Below are positions 10,446 to 24,513 of a stretch of 64,000 nucleotides of DNA, piece by piece. The DNA comes from Marsupella aquatica (lineage: Eukaryota > Plantae > Marchantiophyta), in the NCBI GenBank assembly GCA_973895155.1, contig OZ316893.1, positions 3,330,490 to 3,394,489 on the forward strand, given 5' to 3'. The notes under the pieces were generated by a model that saw only the letters and a program-made list of their open reading frames with translations, did not search any database and had not been told where the DNA came from. Within the stretch, counting starts at the first letter, position 1, and every line of letters starts with the position of its first letter. The translations under genes were made by a program, and so were the position numbers.

Positions 10446-13226
10446 TCAGCCTTTTTGACTATCTGTTGCCTCAGCAGACTTACCCTTCTGAGGAAGGTAC
10501 AACTGGTAATTGTACTGGTAGAAGTATGCCGCGACTAGAAAGACTAGAAAGTCTACTCCACAAATGGCGGCGAGAACCCAGTAGTAATTTTCGAGACCAC
10601 CGTCGTTGAAGCGCTCGACCAACCAACGCCCGCCTTTCTGATGCTTGGTCACACTGTTGGTGACATTCACCAGCACCGAGCTGAGGTAGTAGCCCAACGA
10701 TAACGCTGCGAACGAAAACGTGATCCCGATGCTACGAGTGTTATCCGACACCTCATGGTAGAAGAACTTGTAACTCGCCAAGACGACCCCAAACTCCGCC
10801 ATGGAAGTGAAGAAATACTGCGGAATGAGCCAATACATCTTCATCGGGAGCTCGAAGAATAGGGAGTGCGTGTATCCCAGATCGCGAACGTATCCCAGCC
10901 GCTTTCTCTCAACAAGTGCGGCGACGACCATGGCCAAGCACGTTGAAATCAGCCCCAGTCCGATACGCGTCAAAGGGGTAATGCCGAACGGATTCTTCGT
11001 CATCTTCGTCAAAATTGGCCGAATGATAAAGTCGAACAGAGGTACAAAAACAACAGCGACGATAATTCCAGCCACACCTAGAGATTGCGCGGGTAGAACG
11101 AAGTGTTTGCTCAGAGCCCGGTTGAGAGTTTGGCCCTGCTGTGCCGTGAAGGTAATCACCTGGGAGAACAGAAGGGAAACAGAGCACGTGCACGTCCAGA
11201 CCGGCACGATCAGCAGAATTCTCTTCGTTTCTTCGACCTGCGTCACACCAGCTAGCCTCCACCGATTCCCCGTGCTTGCTTCATTCTCTATGATTGCCGC
11301 CCTGTCCAGACCTGCATTGGTTGGGGTTGAATCGAACAAACTCATCAGTGGCCGTTTAAATTGACTTTGAAATATATCGGTGCGTTAATGTGCTCACCTG
11401 TGTACCTTTAGATTCGTTCTACAACCCCATTGTGGCTTCTACATACCTTCAACTCTGCTTCATTTGATCATTTGCTGCAGATTTCTGCATTGAAACAGGT
11501 CACAGTACAATCCCAGACTGACTCCAGCTTAGATTAATCAAGTGATATATAATTACATTTCCCCAACCTCAATTCAATTGAACGACGATCCGAGAAGGAA
11601 ATCGCGTACTACCGTAGCTTTGTTGATCTTTCCAGCCAATCTCCAGAAATGGGAGCGTCGTAGAGACTGCTAGTGGCTTCGGGAATGACCAACTTCCGCT
11701 TTGGAAAGGTCGCAACTGCTACCTGTACCATGCGCGTTATGAAGAGCCTTCCCGAGGGCCTCTTGAGTCGATACTTGGGCGTACCGACGAGGAAGATTAA
11801 GAACGCCACTACGAACAATATCAGCAGCCAAGCAAATCCCCAATGTTTGCTCACGTAACTGAGAATGTAGACAGGGAGGGTGAACGAGGTCAGCAGACCA
11901 AGGTTCTGAGCAAAGTAGTACCAAGTGAAGTAATGCACACTTTGCTTCTTCTCTACTGGGTCCGATTCATTAAATTGCTGAGCCCCAAGCGCAGGTAAGG
12001 CTGCTTTGACGAAGCCAGATCCAAGAGCTATGGTATACAGAGCAACATAAATTGGCGCCATGTATTTTGTTCCTGCCTGCGGGCACGGTGCCGTCGGCGT
12101 TGGCGTACAGGCTGGAGGCTGCAGCCCCGAATAATCGGAGGTGACGACGAGAACCCCCAGTCCCTGGATTGCCAAAAGCATCTCAAGATTTGAATCAACA
12201 AGAAGTCTGAGTACACATATTTCTTCACGCCACGCATTTCGGGAGAGTGGATAGCAAATTCTCAATCTCTTAAATAGAAGGTTTGTTCAGCAAAGCACTA
12301 TGTGACAAGACTTGAAACTGAGCATGTCCATCTGAACATGAAACAAACCACTACAGTTATGGACTTTCGAAATCATAACATTTCTAGCTTTTTAAGATTG
12401 AATTATGGATGAATGTACTGCGATGGAACCTCCACGGTCACATATACTTAAACTAGGATCTTATACTTCTGCACGAACTTGACGGTAATGAAACGTAAAG
12501 TGTGCACTACGAAGTTGAGCTGGTATTACTCGTGCATGACGCCGACAGACTGCGCTTGTAGAATGCATTCATTAGAGTTGAACTTACAAGTATTTGGATT
12601 ACTGCGCCAACGACAGTTGTAAAGTAGTACCCTAGATAGCTGTCTGCCAGGAAGCCCCGTAGCACAGAGACAACAAAGTAGGTGCCTGTGAAATCGTTGG
12701 CGATCGTTCCCGCATTGGAAAAGCTCTGGTGGAGATACTTGTTAAGGTAAAACAACAAACCGACTGTGAGGGAGATCGAACAGACCGAGTCCGCAGTGGT
12801 TAAAGCTGCAACAAGATCAAAAATGCCCCAAATCAGCCACTGTGCGTCATACCACCAGACCTTACATTAACTAGAATCCTACATACTGTAGGTATTGTAC
12901 ATAAAGCTACAATCGCGGAAGGAAGAATAACATATGGGTCGAATAGAGGCACTAGTGATTCTGCATTATTTTTCGGAGCGGCAATCGGACGTGTTTTCGA
13001 GCTTTCTGAAGTTAGGTCGAAGGTCTGATCAACCCGTGCAAATACCATAAACATATATTGCGGCACTCATTCGCCCAGTTCTTGATTTGTCGCTTAGACG
13101 GCCCCTCAAAGTCACTGCATCCGAATGTGTGCCGTCCACATATTTTTTGCTGGTATTTCCAGGATCCTCCACGTCGTGCTGGCCTGAAGGAACAGGAGAA
13201 GGTGCGGAATGGATTTGTTGAGACAT
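10446..13226 (-). CDS. NPF: NPF/PTR (POT) family transporter, copy 1 (possibly frameshifted); exons 13226-13046, 12805-12588, 12163-11613, ~11311-10446
   Basis: GFLADSYLG, LYTIALGSGFVKAALPALGAQQF, QVEETK, ITPLTRIGLG, MVVAALVERKR, WLIPQY, FFYHE motifs; GT-AG introns; paralog of 48460-51258. Confidence 0.88.
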
Positions 13227-14105
13227 CTGCAAGGAAGCATGTTGAAGATTTCCAACAAAAGAGACAGCATTAGAAACATTCTCCTGAAACGAGAAACAAA
13301 TCCGTGATACGAGTATGCTTAATTGAAAATCGATTCCTTGCGAAAATCCAGGACTATCATGCATGGTTTAAAAATACGAGGTGAATCACGGTTGCAAATG
13401 TTGGCCATGGCACGTAATTAAGGAAGTGCTCAGAACAGTTGTGCCGAAGATTACGCAGGAACCCAAGCTCCAATTCCTTTCAGTCTCATGACCAGACATG
13501 CTCGCTCTCGCTTTCACAGTTTACGCTTGAAGTGGCTCACATTTACACGCAAAAAGAAATTGCAGGTCATTCGGGGTCTCGAATCAGTTTTGAACGTCAG
13601 GGATGACAAGAAGTCAGTGCTGTTCTTCCAATTACAATTTTTCCGGACTTGCAGAGAGAAACTTGAAGAATGGATGAGAAAGTTAAACAGACCATGAATT
13701 TACTTATATAATCACAGACTCTCGTCTTAAGATGAGCTCCTCTTTTCTGATAACCGAAGTTTACTCAAAATCGGACTCCTAGACAGCTGAAGGGCGTAGA
13801 CACCTACCACTGGAGATTCCAAATATCAGTACTCCAGATGAAAGATATCGATCAGGTTGCCTACTCTGAACGATGTCAGTGCGTTTTCTCCTGCATATCG
13901 CAACTTCGTTGCTACTTGTCCAAGCTAAAGTAGAACTTACTGAGGCCAAGAATGATAGGTTTCTGGTCTATAAATCCTCTTACGTGTGGACTTGGCTTGG
14001 TTTTGAGACAGCAAGTCTTTCCTTCGACGAGGCTATGGCAGATCTTGAAAATATATATTATTCAGGACTTAGCTACTTTGCAGTGTTGCCCGGATCCTCT
14101 CTCTG

Positions 14106-14850
14106 TTGGCCATTATATCATTTCGCGCTGCGATCTTCTTGTGACACGGAAGCCCCACTTTATGTAACTTGGATTGCCATGACTGTACATGTGATTCCCA
14201 AGGGACCGTTCTTTACTTGGTACGTCTTTCTTCCCGTCTCTCCTGAAACAGTAAGATGGAGGGACCGTGTCGATCTTCGTTGTTAATCCCAGTGCCTAAA
14301 TGCTACGGTGATACTGCCTATCTACTTCAATGAATTGATTTATTCCCTCGTGCATGACCAATTTTCTCTCAAACCAGTGCCAACGAGTAAAGCTTGCGTA
14401 GGGCTCTGTCTGACTGACTGGTGCGTTGAAGCAAGTCTTCCTGCGAACGTGGAGGATAAAAGCTAAATACTGGTTGGTCACGAGTAGATTTGAAGACCCG
14501 AAACCCTAAACCTGCGTACTTACTGTGGGCCATTATATCGTTTCGTGCCTCTTCTTGTTTGACACGGATGGCCAATTTTATATCACTTGGATTACCATGA
14601 CTGTCCATGGTGAATCCCAACTTACAACGAAGAGTACTTTCTTTTCTTTTTCTCTCTCCCTGTCTTGCTCTCTGAGACAGTTCGATGGAGGGGACCGTGT
14701 CTTTATTGTTCATCCTAGGGCCAAAATGAATGGAAATGGTGACACTTTTCCTATATACCTCATATGGATTGATTTATTGGATCGGACATGACCAGGGATG
14801 CCTCGATCTCAAGTGCCAATGATCGAGTAGAGCTCGCGCGCGTGTGGCTC
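14106..14850. repeat. Diverged direct duplication (~14106-14400 vs ~14526-14850)
   Basis: Shared GGCCATTATATC..ACTTGGATT(G/A)CCATGACTGT..GATGGAGGG(G)ACCGTGTC blocks. Confidence 0.55.
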
Positions 14851-15754
14851 TGGCTAACAAACTGTCCATGCCCCAATCTTGACGCAAACTTTGTGCACAC
14901 ATTCCAATTCTTCATCTACTACAACATCATATTTTGTGAGCACTTTCGTCAGTGATTGTGTGCACGCTTGATGGCCCCAGCGCAGCAAAATCGTAGACGG
15001 ACAGAACAGCGTCTCGAGTCTGATCGATATGAAAGGCGACCTGAAGATATGGCGGTATGTCTTACATGAGTTCAATTCACAACATATGATGTAGAATGTA
15101 GTCGAAATATATTCCCGGCCATCTAGTCGATCAGACTCATAGCTGAAGGAAAACAAAGCTCTATAACTGGACAATCAGAAGTAGAATGTTGGAGAGGAGT
15201 ATTCACATCTACAGATAGTCGATCAGACACACAGCTGAGGGGTAATTCACAATGATAATCAATCACTCCGAATGTATGGCCCCTGTTCTAGCTCCATACG
15301 CTTTGGTAGAGTTGTTCAAACAAAGCTTCAAACCTTATTTATTTATTTTTTTGAGGCAGAAGCTACATGAATTTTCAGCTATCAGAAGGCGCTCAAAACC
15401 AGAAAGCAGAGTCTTCATAGGTTAGATGTATGTACTATTGCATAGGCAATATTTGTAGTACATTCTTGATGTTCAGCACATTGCGCTTTAAAGTACTAGC
15501 CCTGGCTAACCATTCCGGAGAGAGTGCAATAAATATATCATCAAAATACATTCATTATTCAAATTTTAATGAAATGAGAAAAATAATCATGTTTATAATC
15601 ATTTTAATAATCATAAATAACATTTCATACTTTTTTCTATAAATATCCTTTTTCCTATTAATGCACATATGTTATGGAGGCTATAAAGTCCATTTTTTAA
15701 TGTAAATAAATATCATGACAAAAACATACATGTTTATCTTTTTGGTATTTACTC

Positions 15755-16081
15755 AAGTTCTAGGGTTACGACATGTAATCGTAATTAGACTAACCATAGT
15801 TGGAGACATGGTTAGGTTAATTAGGATACACATTATATGTCAAGCGGTGTTTGTTTGGATAAATGAAACTTAGGTTCATTGTTATGGAGTCACTTGAGAG
15901 ATGATGAGAGCTTACATTGTGGAGACTTAGTATGGCCGACGGGTTTAGAGTTCAGTAAAGCTCTCTTGTGTGTTCTCGTGGATGTGGCCACGAGGAGGTG
16001 AACCATGTATCTCTTGTGTCGACTACTTGCACGTTGAATGTGTCATGTGCTTATCGTTGATATTGTAGTCTATGTTCAACA
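15755..16081 (+). mobile_element. Degenerate copia-type LTR
   Basis: GGATGT..GGTGAACCATGTA..TGTGTCGACTAC block shared with LTRs at 46144 and 53973; ends TTCAACA; start approximate. Confidence 0.45.
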
Positions 16082-19000
16082 CCTTTGACATAGATTATAG
16101 CCATGAGTTTCATATCCACATGATGAGCAATGGAGTTAGGGTCTAGAGGCTTTACTCTAGAAGCCTAGGCCCCAACTCTAGTTTGTAGTTGGCTCTTTAT
16201 AAATAAGATATACTATTCCTCTTGCTAACCAAACAATAAGGAATTTAAGTGACTTTTTAAAGATTCATTGCTATTAATAATAATTCTACAACCACTGATC
16301 GAGTGGCTAAAGATGGCTTTGCTAGAGGCTGGGCTCAATAGTTTTTTCTTCCCTCACATATTAAATCTGAAGTGTAATGAGTGTAAAAGGTTGCACTTGG
16401 CTTTACTTGAATTTGGGGGCCATTCAAGTAAGGTGTCTATGCATCGCAAGCAGTGGGACCAAGGAAATGGTGATATGTAATGGTTTCTTTATTTGTCTAG
16501 AATTATTATAGATCACCTCCAAAGGTGATTCAAAGATTTCCAACCTTTGACTCCTTCATTCAAGGGATTGCCAATTATGGAACTTGAGTCTATGAACACT
16601 ATTGCTTTGATGACAAAAGTCACAAGTGCTCCGTCTTGATTTTTGGTGCCGAGTCTATCTTTCTAAAAGGAAGTGCTTTGGTATCAAGTGCCCAAAGTGT
16701 TGTAAAGGTAGATGATCTGCATTGGGAGACTCTCACTCTAGTATGCAACTCTTGTATAATAGGCAAGGGTCTAGATTTTTATATGGACTAAAAAGTTGTA
16801 AATTTTACTTTTCAAATTTTATGACTAATATATAAAGTTTGCTTTTCTTGTTTTTCCACATAAGATTACAAAACAAATCTATATTTTCTGTAATTTTTAT
16901 TAAAAATGTTGAATTTTTTTTTAAATAAAAGTAGTAAAATAGGGACTAAAGTTTGGCTGTCTACCCTTCTATATATTAAAAAAAAGGACATATAATTTGG
17001 CTTTTAAAAAGTTTTGACGCATCAACACAAGTTTTTTTTCTTCTAAACTTAAGTATTTGGATTCTTTGAATTTAAGGTACAAGAGTTCAGTAGACTAAAT
17101 GAAATTTCACATGTCAATTTGGCATAAAGTTATTATAAGGAATTAAAAACTTGCCTTGTAAAAAAGTGAGTTGCTAGCCAAGAGAGGCATGGCTGTGTGA
17201 TAGCTCAGTGACTCATATGTGAATTGTGACTGACTGGTCACTTTGTGTGGGGTTTCACAGATTTCTCCTTCAATTTATTAAAATAAAAAAAGTGAGTTGC
17301 ATAAGGGGTTTTGACTAGACTCCTCGCATGCTTGCTAGGTGTGAGGGGAAGCAATAAACCAGACTTGTCAGCGTCGGCCATCTTTCCAATTTTGGAGGTC
17401 CACAAGCTAGACAGCGTATGTGATGCAGCTACATGCTACATTATTTGAGAACGATTATTTTAGACTTTGGGGATTTGGATCGACGAGCCCTTCTTAGTAC
17501 GAGACTATGCATACAGGTTTGGATCATCTTCTTGTCTGGATCAACAAGCCCGGACCATTTGAATCTCTTCAAGAAGTTGTGGAAAAATATGAGGATCTCC
17601 ATATATCTTGGCGAACTCCATTCCTGGGCAGATGCTTAAGCCCGCTCTAAACTGAAGGAACAAATATAGGCTTGGCCGACAGCAGCAGAACCTGGATGGC
17701 TCATAGATGTCTGTGTTTTTGCGAGTGTTTTCAAAGAAAGCAGGTTGTTTGTAAGTTTGACCTGTCTTGACTCCAGAATGTCTGCATGTGCACAACAGCA
17801 GCCAAGGAATCAGCAGAGCTTAAAATTCAATGTGAGTAGCAATCAGGCCACGGAAACTCAAAACACAAATCTTCTCAATTCGGAACATGTGCCAACCTTT
17901 CTGCCCCTTTCCTTAACACTTAAGACAAAGTCGGATGATTAATCTTTCATATACAGGAACCTGCATCATCTAGTTTAAAGGTATATCGTACATAAAATAT
18001 TTTGAAACGGAGTTTTGACGTTGATAGTTGGGGGTGAATTTGACCTTGAATTAATTTTCAACAGGAAATTTGGACTACGAGAAGAACAATCATGGTAAAG
18101 ATAAAGGTAATCTCCCGGATAATCTGTTCTAAGTGGGATGACGATAGAAATAACCAAGGAACAAGACAATTTTTTATAGGAAAGGGCCAAACAAAGTATA
18201 ATAGAATAAACAAAAGAGTTTCAAAGCCAAACAAAGTACAATACACCAAACATGGGACCAATTAAACAAAAGAGGTCCAAGGCTTACAGAATCATGTGCT
18301 CATTGTGTTGACTACTTTGTATGGTGTTTAGTTTTGAGTTTGTTTAGACGTTCCCCAAAAAAGCATTTTTTTGTGATTTTCTCACATGAGTGACTCGGAG
18401 GAGACTCGGAAAATCGACGTCGGTGAAGCTTTAGATTTGCGTCGGTCAGATGTAGTGTTTGAAGAAGAGCTTGATTGTATCATTCGAGGAGGAAAGAGAG
18501 TCACCGGTACAATCACTGGTGCAGCGGGTGGAGGAAGCAGTCATACTACCGGAGCTAACGGTAGTTGTGAAGAAAAAAAAGATGGCTTCCAAGTTGGGAG
18601 GTGTCAAGTTTGAGATGGAAAAGTATGATGGGCGTACGTACTACTTGCTCTGGGAGAAGCAAGTGAAAGGAGTTTTTTGTGCTATGGGCCTAGATCATAT
18701 TCCCTCTATGCGAGAGATGTACGATGGTGAAGAGGAGACTCCATTGAAGAGGTGGAGACACGAACAAGTGATTGCATTGAATACAATGATGCTTTATCTG
18801 AAGCCGCATATCATCAAGAAGTTGGAAACTATGAAGATTGTGCATCTTTGTTCAAAGCCGTAAGAAAAAAGTACTATTGGAAGGATGCCTCAGACCGATT
18901 ATACAATAAGTCTTTCTTGATGAGCCTGAGGCTCAAAGATGGGAACAAGCTTCAAGATCACTTGGATGAATTTGACAGCCTAGCTGTTGATTTGCCTAAT

Positions 19001-20041
19001 CTTGGTAAACGCGTTGAACAAGAGGACAAGGCCTTGCTTCTTTTCAACTCCTTACCCCCATCTTATCAGGGTTTGAAGAAGGATCTCTTGTATAGAGACC
19101 TGAAGTCTATTTCTTATGATGAGGTGATAAGCTCTTTGTTGTCAGATGATGCACACAAAAATTGGGTCAAGCCCAAACACCATCTTCATCCGATACTGCA
19201 TTAAATGTGAACCGTGGGAGGTCTACGCAACGGAAAAATGGAGAAAACAAGTTTAAATCTAAGTCAAGGGGGAGATCTAAATCTAGAGGAAAATAGCAAG
19301 AGCGAAAGCCTCTTGCATGTTGGAGATGTGGCAAGCCTGGCCACATGAAGAGGGATTGTCGGATAAAGGAGTCTATCGCATCAACTAACGCGGCATCAAG
19401 TGCACATGAGGTAGATTTACTCGATGATGACATTTTATGATGCCGAGGTTTTTCTCTCAACGTAGTGTCACATCCAGGTAATGATGACTAGATACTAGAT
19501 AGTGCATATCCTTTTTACATTTGCGCTAGGAAAGATCTTTTTTGAACATTCTTACACGGTTTCCAACGGTTCAATGTTGATGGGAAATGAAATCCCATGT
19601 CAAGTGGTTGGACTTAGATCTGTGAGATTTCAGATGTTTGATGGTGTTGTGAGAACGTTGAGAAATATGAGATATATTCTCAGCATGATGAAAAATCTCA
19701 TTTCACTTGGAGTGTTAGAAGCAAATGACCATCAATGGAGTTCTGCTAATAGCGTCCTTCAAGTTTCAACTGGTACTAAAGTTGTGTTGAAGGAAAAGAG
19801 GCATAAAAATCTATACATTTTGGAGAGCAATGTAGTCTGTGATGAAGCCAATATAACTTTATCTCATGAGGAGACGGCCCAGCTGTGGCACTTCAAATTG
19901 GGTCACATGAGTGAAAAAGGTTTGGTTGTTCTTCAGAAAAAAAGATTACTTTCTAATTTACAATCTTGAAAGCTAAAATTTTGTGAGCATTGTGTGCTTG
20001 GAAAGCAACACAAGAAACCCTTTGGAGTTGGAACTCACACT

Positions 20042-20339
20042 CTCGGGGGTTTCACTTCCACAAAAATGGCATATCACGTGCTACGAAGGATAGGGTCATT
20101 TTATTGGTTGTAAGGGAAGACTTAAGAATTTTTGTAGAAGAACAATAGGGTCTTTTAAATTCAATTTTGAGACTTATAAGAACATTAGGGCCTTTTTAAT
20201 CCAATTTTTGGAATATTCCAAGAATATTCCAACTTTATAGGGGTTTAAAAATAATATTTTTTTTCTTACATTTTAGGGGGTCCAAGGCCTAAAAACGTTG
20301 CAGGTGATGGGGAGGTCCCCATGTAGTGAGACCCCCAAG
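20042..20339. mobile_element. MITE family A, copy 1
   Basis: TIR CTCGGGGGTTTCACT / AGTGAGACCCCCAAG; 8-bp TSD CTCACACT; removing it rejoins the copia integrase region. Confidence 0.9.
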
Positions 20340-22959
20340 CTCACACTAGCAAGGAGGTACTTGAGTATGTACATAGTGATGTGTGGGTACCAGCCCCTAC
20401 TCCTTCACATTCTGGAAAAGTTTACTATGTCACTTTCATTGATGATTACTCAAGGTGTGTGTGGATTTACTTTCTACACAATAAGCCTGATATTTTTGCC
20501 ACTTTTGAGGAATGAAAACCCAAGTTGAAATCAGATTGGTAACAAGACGAGATATCTTCGATCGGATAACGGTGGTGAATACGATTCTGGTGAATTTGAA
20601 ACCTATTGTAAAGAGCAGAGGATTACACGTCATCTCACAACAAGTTATACTCCTCAGCAGAATGGTGTTCTGAGAGGCTCAACCAAACACTATTGGAGCG
20701 CTCGAGGAATATGTTGAGCCAATCATGCTTACCACATGAATTTTGGGTAGAAGTTTTCAACACTATAGCTTATTTGGTAAATTTCTCTCCATCCAGTGCA
20801 TTGGATCCCTAGGCCCTTAGCTTACGTAATCCCGGAAACACGTGCGCTCGCTTGAAGGGTATTTTTAATCCAAATTCGGGTAATAATTATAATTCAATTC
20901 TAATAACCCAACCCGCAACTTTATGCAAATTTGGGTTTATAAGAAATAAGGGTATTTCCAAAAGGGTGGCATATTAATTCGGCCAAAGGGATCCTATAAT
21001 ATATGTGATATGCGCAGGGACACACATCATTATATAAATGGTCCATGTGTCAAGGTCTCATTCGAACACTTGGGCAATGTCTTATATTTCCATTTCTATG
21101 GGTGTGCCTATCCCAAGGTACAATAATTTTGGGGGTTGGAGGGGGGTAAGTTTGGTATGTTGGTTCGTATGTTCACCCAAGAATGGATCCGGGAAAACCT
21201 CATTTGAAACCTCAAACTTGAGCCCCGACTCGAGCAAACATCATTTGAAAGGGGGGGGGGGGGGTTTAGGCCCATTTAGGGTTTTGTCCTTCGTCTCTTG
21301 GCTGCGTTCATTCTTGTCCTTGATGCCGCCTTCAATGACACCTTTGGTGTTGACAGTTTTTCCACGTTTGGGCGTGAACGGTGTGCGCTCCCTATGCCCG
21401 GCCTCCATTGAACCTCTTTGCCATAGCTGCTACCCCCGTTGCTGCCGTGTTGAAGGTCGTTGAAGCTCCTCGTTCGCCATCGCCAAAGCTCAAGGCGAGC
21501 CCGGATTCCAATTTGATGACTAGTGTTGTACCAACACACTTCTTGCAACAAATATTTTGGCGAGCTGGATTGCCTCTTGGGTGGCCTGCAATCTGTTGTC
21601 CTACAAACTCGCCTACAAATGATGATGGGGATGAGGATGAGGATGATTTTGATGTCAAGATTCTGTTCAATTTGTGTGATGATAGTTCTATAGCCCATTC
21701 TGTAGTTGGGGGACACCCACTGGATACTTTAGTGTCCCAAGTAAGTCCTTCTATTAGTACACTTGCACCTAGATAAGTTGTACCTTAGCTCTCTGGTTTG
21801 TAATCCCGTTAAGTTTGTAATAGTCTCTCTAGGCCAATGTACCGTGCAGGCCCTATGCAGGTAGTACCCATGCTTGTGGGGATGTTTCTACTGCCCACCT
21901 ATCTTGCCTAGTCTTGCCTATACCGGTTTAGCCAGACTGGTAAAACATATATAAATTGTATGCATTATTGTATGCTCCACTGGGATCCCGCTAAGTATGA
22001 TCATTTTGAAAAAAAAAACTTATATTGTATCTTGTATCTTATAAGTTAGCCCTATCTTGGGGTTTGTCACGTCGTCGGCTTCGGCCTTAACTCAGACTTC
22101 AGCTTAGACGGGCACATCCCTCGTAAATCTGAGGGTTCGGGCAGGAAGGGAAGCACGTAATGCACCTTATTCTCGTAAACTAGCGCTAAGTGCGCATACT
22201 GCTAAATACGAACACCTCCTAGGTATGGTTTGTGTTTCGCCGCCGGAACGTACCTTAGTCGATAGCAGGATCGACCCCGGCTTAAGGGCTTCTAAGCCTT
22301 CGTGCTGTCCGCCTTCGATCCGGATTCGATGATACAGGTCCTCAACCCGTGCTCGCAACCACTTACCCGTAGGCTACACCCTGTGCACGTCTCGGGTAGT
22401 GCGTTCAGCCTGGCGCTGCCACCCATATACGAGAAACCCACACACATACACGCGCACATGCATACAATCTCGATTTACACGAAGGAAAATGATGGGAAAG
22501 GATTTTACTACAAAGGAAACATATGCGTACACTTAGTTGACCCGACAGTCTCGGAATGAACAGGTTCAAGGCCGAGGGTGCACACTACAACGGAGCCCGG
22601 CTCCGCACTCGCCCGACGAGCTTAGTCCTACCCCCCCCGTTTGGTACTCTTTCATTCCCAGAGGTCGGGACTCCCCGCACATACCGCAGACATCCAACTC
22701 TGAAACTAAAAACCCCCCCTGCCTCTACCGAGGGGTGCACTAAATACTAAGGGCCGAGGGACGGGGTGTTCTCTCGCCGAAGATTCGCTGACTAAGGTCC
22801 TAACTAAGCTGACAGTCAGGCCGGAAAACGACTGTCTTATTAGAAGATCCTAATCTACGCAGGCTGGACAACATGGCAGCGCTGCTGTACCTAAGGCAGG
22901 TGCCTATCCCAAGAGCCTGACTAAGCTAGTCCTAATCCTAATCTATTCCTACTCCGCTG

Positions 22960-24513
22960 CTAATGCCTGGCACGCTTGCCAGAGCCGCCTGAATGGGAGC
23001 GGTCATCCCGCTGCCTTCAAAGCCTGTCATTGTCCGCCTTGAGGAGCTGGACCTGGTCCAACAGAGATTCGTTCTCTCGCCTCGCCGCGTCCGTCTCCTC
23101 TGCTGCCTCCTGACATGCCTCCTCCAGCTACTGGGCGTCGCTCGTCAGTTTACCCGCCAGCTGGTCCTGCTTCTCGGCCTCGGTTTGGAGCCGCGCCACC
23201 TCGGTCTGCAGCGTGGCTATCTCCGCCGTGTCCCGCTGGGCCCATTCCTCGGCCTCCTCCAGGTCTTTCTGCCAGGTGACGGTTTGATTCTTCAAACTGT
23301 CAATCTGGTTCCGGAGTCGTGTAATCTCGGCCTCGTTCCCAGCTTTGGCCTGTTCGGCTAGGGCGGTAAGAGCGTGCGCCTTTGCTAACAACTCATCGGC
23401 GGCTGCAACCTTGGGTCGTAGTTGCCGAAGCTCAGCCTTTTGAGCCGCAACTTCGTTCTTTAGGTACATGGACTCCACCCGGTACTGCTCTATCCGCTGA
23501 AGGGCCTCTGACTGGGCCCGACCTGCCTTTACTGCGGCAACCAACTCCTGATTGAAGAAATAGGCTACCTTCCGGGCCATGAACTCCCTGGTATCCCGGG
23601 CAATTTGATGAGAGAAGTCTCCCAGAAGCCCATTCAGAAATGTACCCGGTACGAAGAGTTCCGGGTGGTCCAGGTTGTGTCTATCCGGAGTTGGGCACGG
23701 GCAGACGTCAACACGTGCGGGGGCCGGGGCAGTGACGTCCAGCCCTGGGGACGTAACGTTGGAAGGGGCTGGAGTGTCCTCCTGCAGCAATGTCCGGTTC
23801 TCCAGAATAGCCACCGATGGGTCTTTGGAAGAACCGGGCTCGGGTAAGACCTCCGCCGTACCGACTTCTGTACTTAGCCCGGCTTGTTGGGTCGTATCAA
23901 CGGTTGCGACAACCGACCCATCCGGTACCTCCTTGGTTACGACTACAGCTACTTGTGGAGGTGGGGTGGGTGAAGCTGGCATGTCCGCTGGACTTCGGGC
24001 CTCGGGTTGGGGCCGTCTCTCCAAGGCCGGGAAAACCCACCTAGCTGGGACCAGCTTTGTAACGTTGACACGGGGAAGGGTTCGTCGATCAAACCGAGCG
24101 TACCACTCAAGAATGATCTCGATGTGGCTAGCGAAATACGCCTTCCCGCCAATGTACAGCGTCTTCCTTCGCCGCTCCATCTCTTCATGGAATTTCTTAG
24201 CAAAGTACGACGCCCACCTCCTAGGTTGATAGTTCTCGACCTGGATAACCTGGGCGGCGGAGATCTCTCCCCGGGGTTCCATCATGTGGAGGGCGTACCT
24301 CTGGAACTCCAGTCGCTCAGCTATCTCGGGGATGAGACAGGTCCTCATCACGAACCCGTTGTCCACTGCTCCCTCTGAGGGAAAACTTGAAGATTGGTAC
24401 TTGGCTCCCTTGCCCCCAGGAGCTCGTGATTCGACTCGATGGTCACCTTCGGGTAACCCGAAGATCATCCTGAGCCGTTCTTCCGTGAGGGACATACTCC
24501 TTCCCCGCAACCG
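22960..24513 (-). pseudogene. LTR-X accessory ORF, 3' part (conserved domain, P-rich linker, coiled coil, basic tail)
   Basis: In-frame continuation of the 40426 ORF across the Y insertion (YDDARQHT|RLRGRSMSL). Premature TAG 23128-23130 (CAG in copy 1); true stop 22960-22962. Confidence 0.85.

Noticed and set aside
10801-11364. Antisense ORFs over NPF exon 4 (also 48821-49363) and over gag-pol
   Set aside because: Shadow frames of real coding sequence.
13873-14286. 137-aa ORF divergent from NPF copy 1
   Set aside because: No recognisable motifs, overlaps a local repeat, and only the first codons are shared with the duplicate at 51915.
21276-21776. ORFs inside element B as transposase
   Set aside because: No DDE, BED or dimerisation motif recognisable; short and interrupted.
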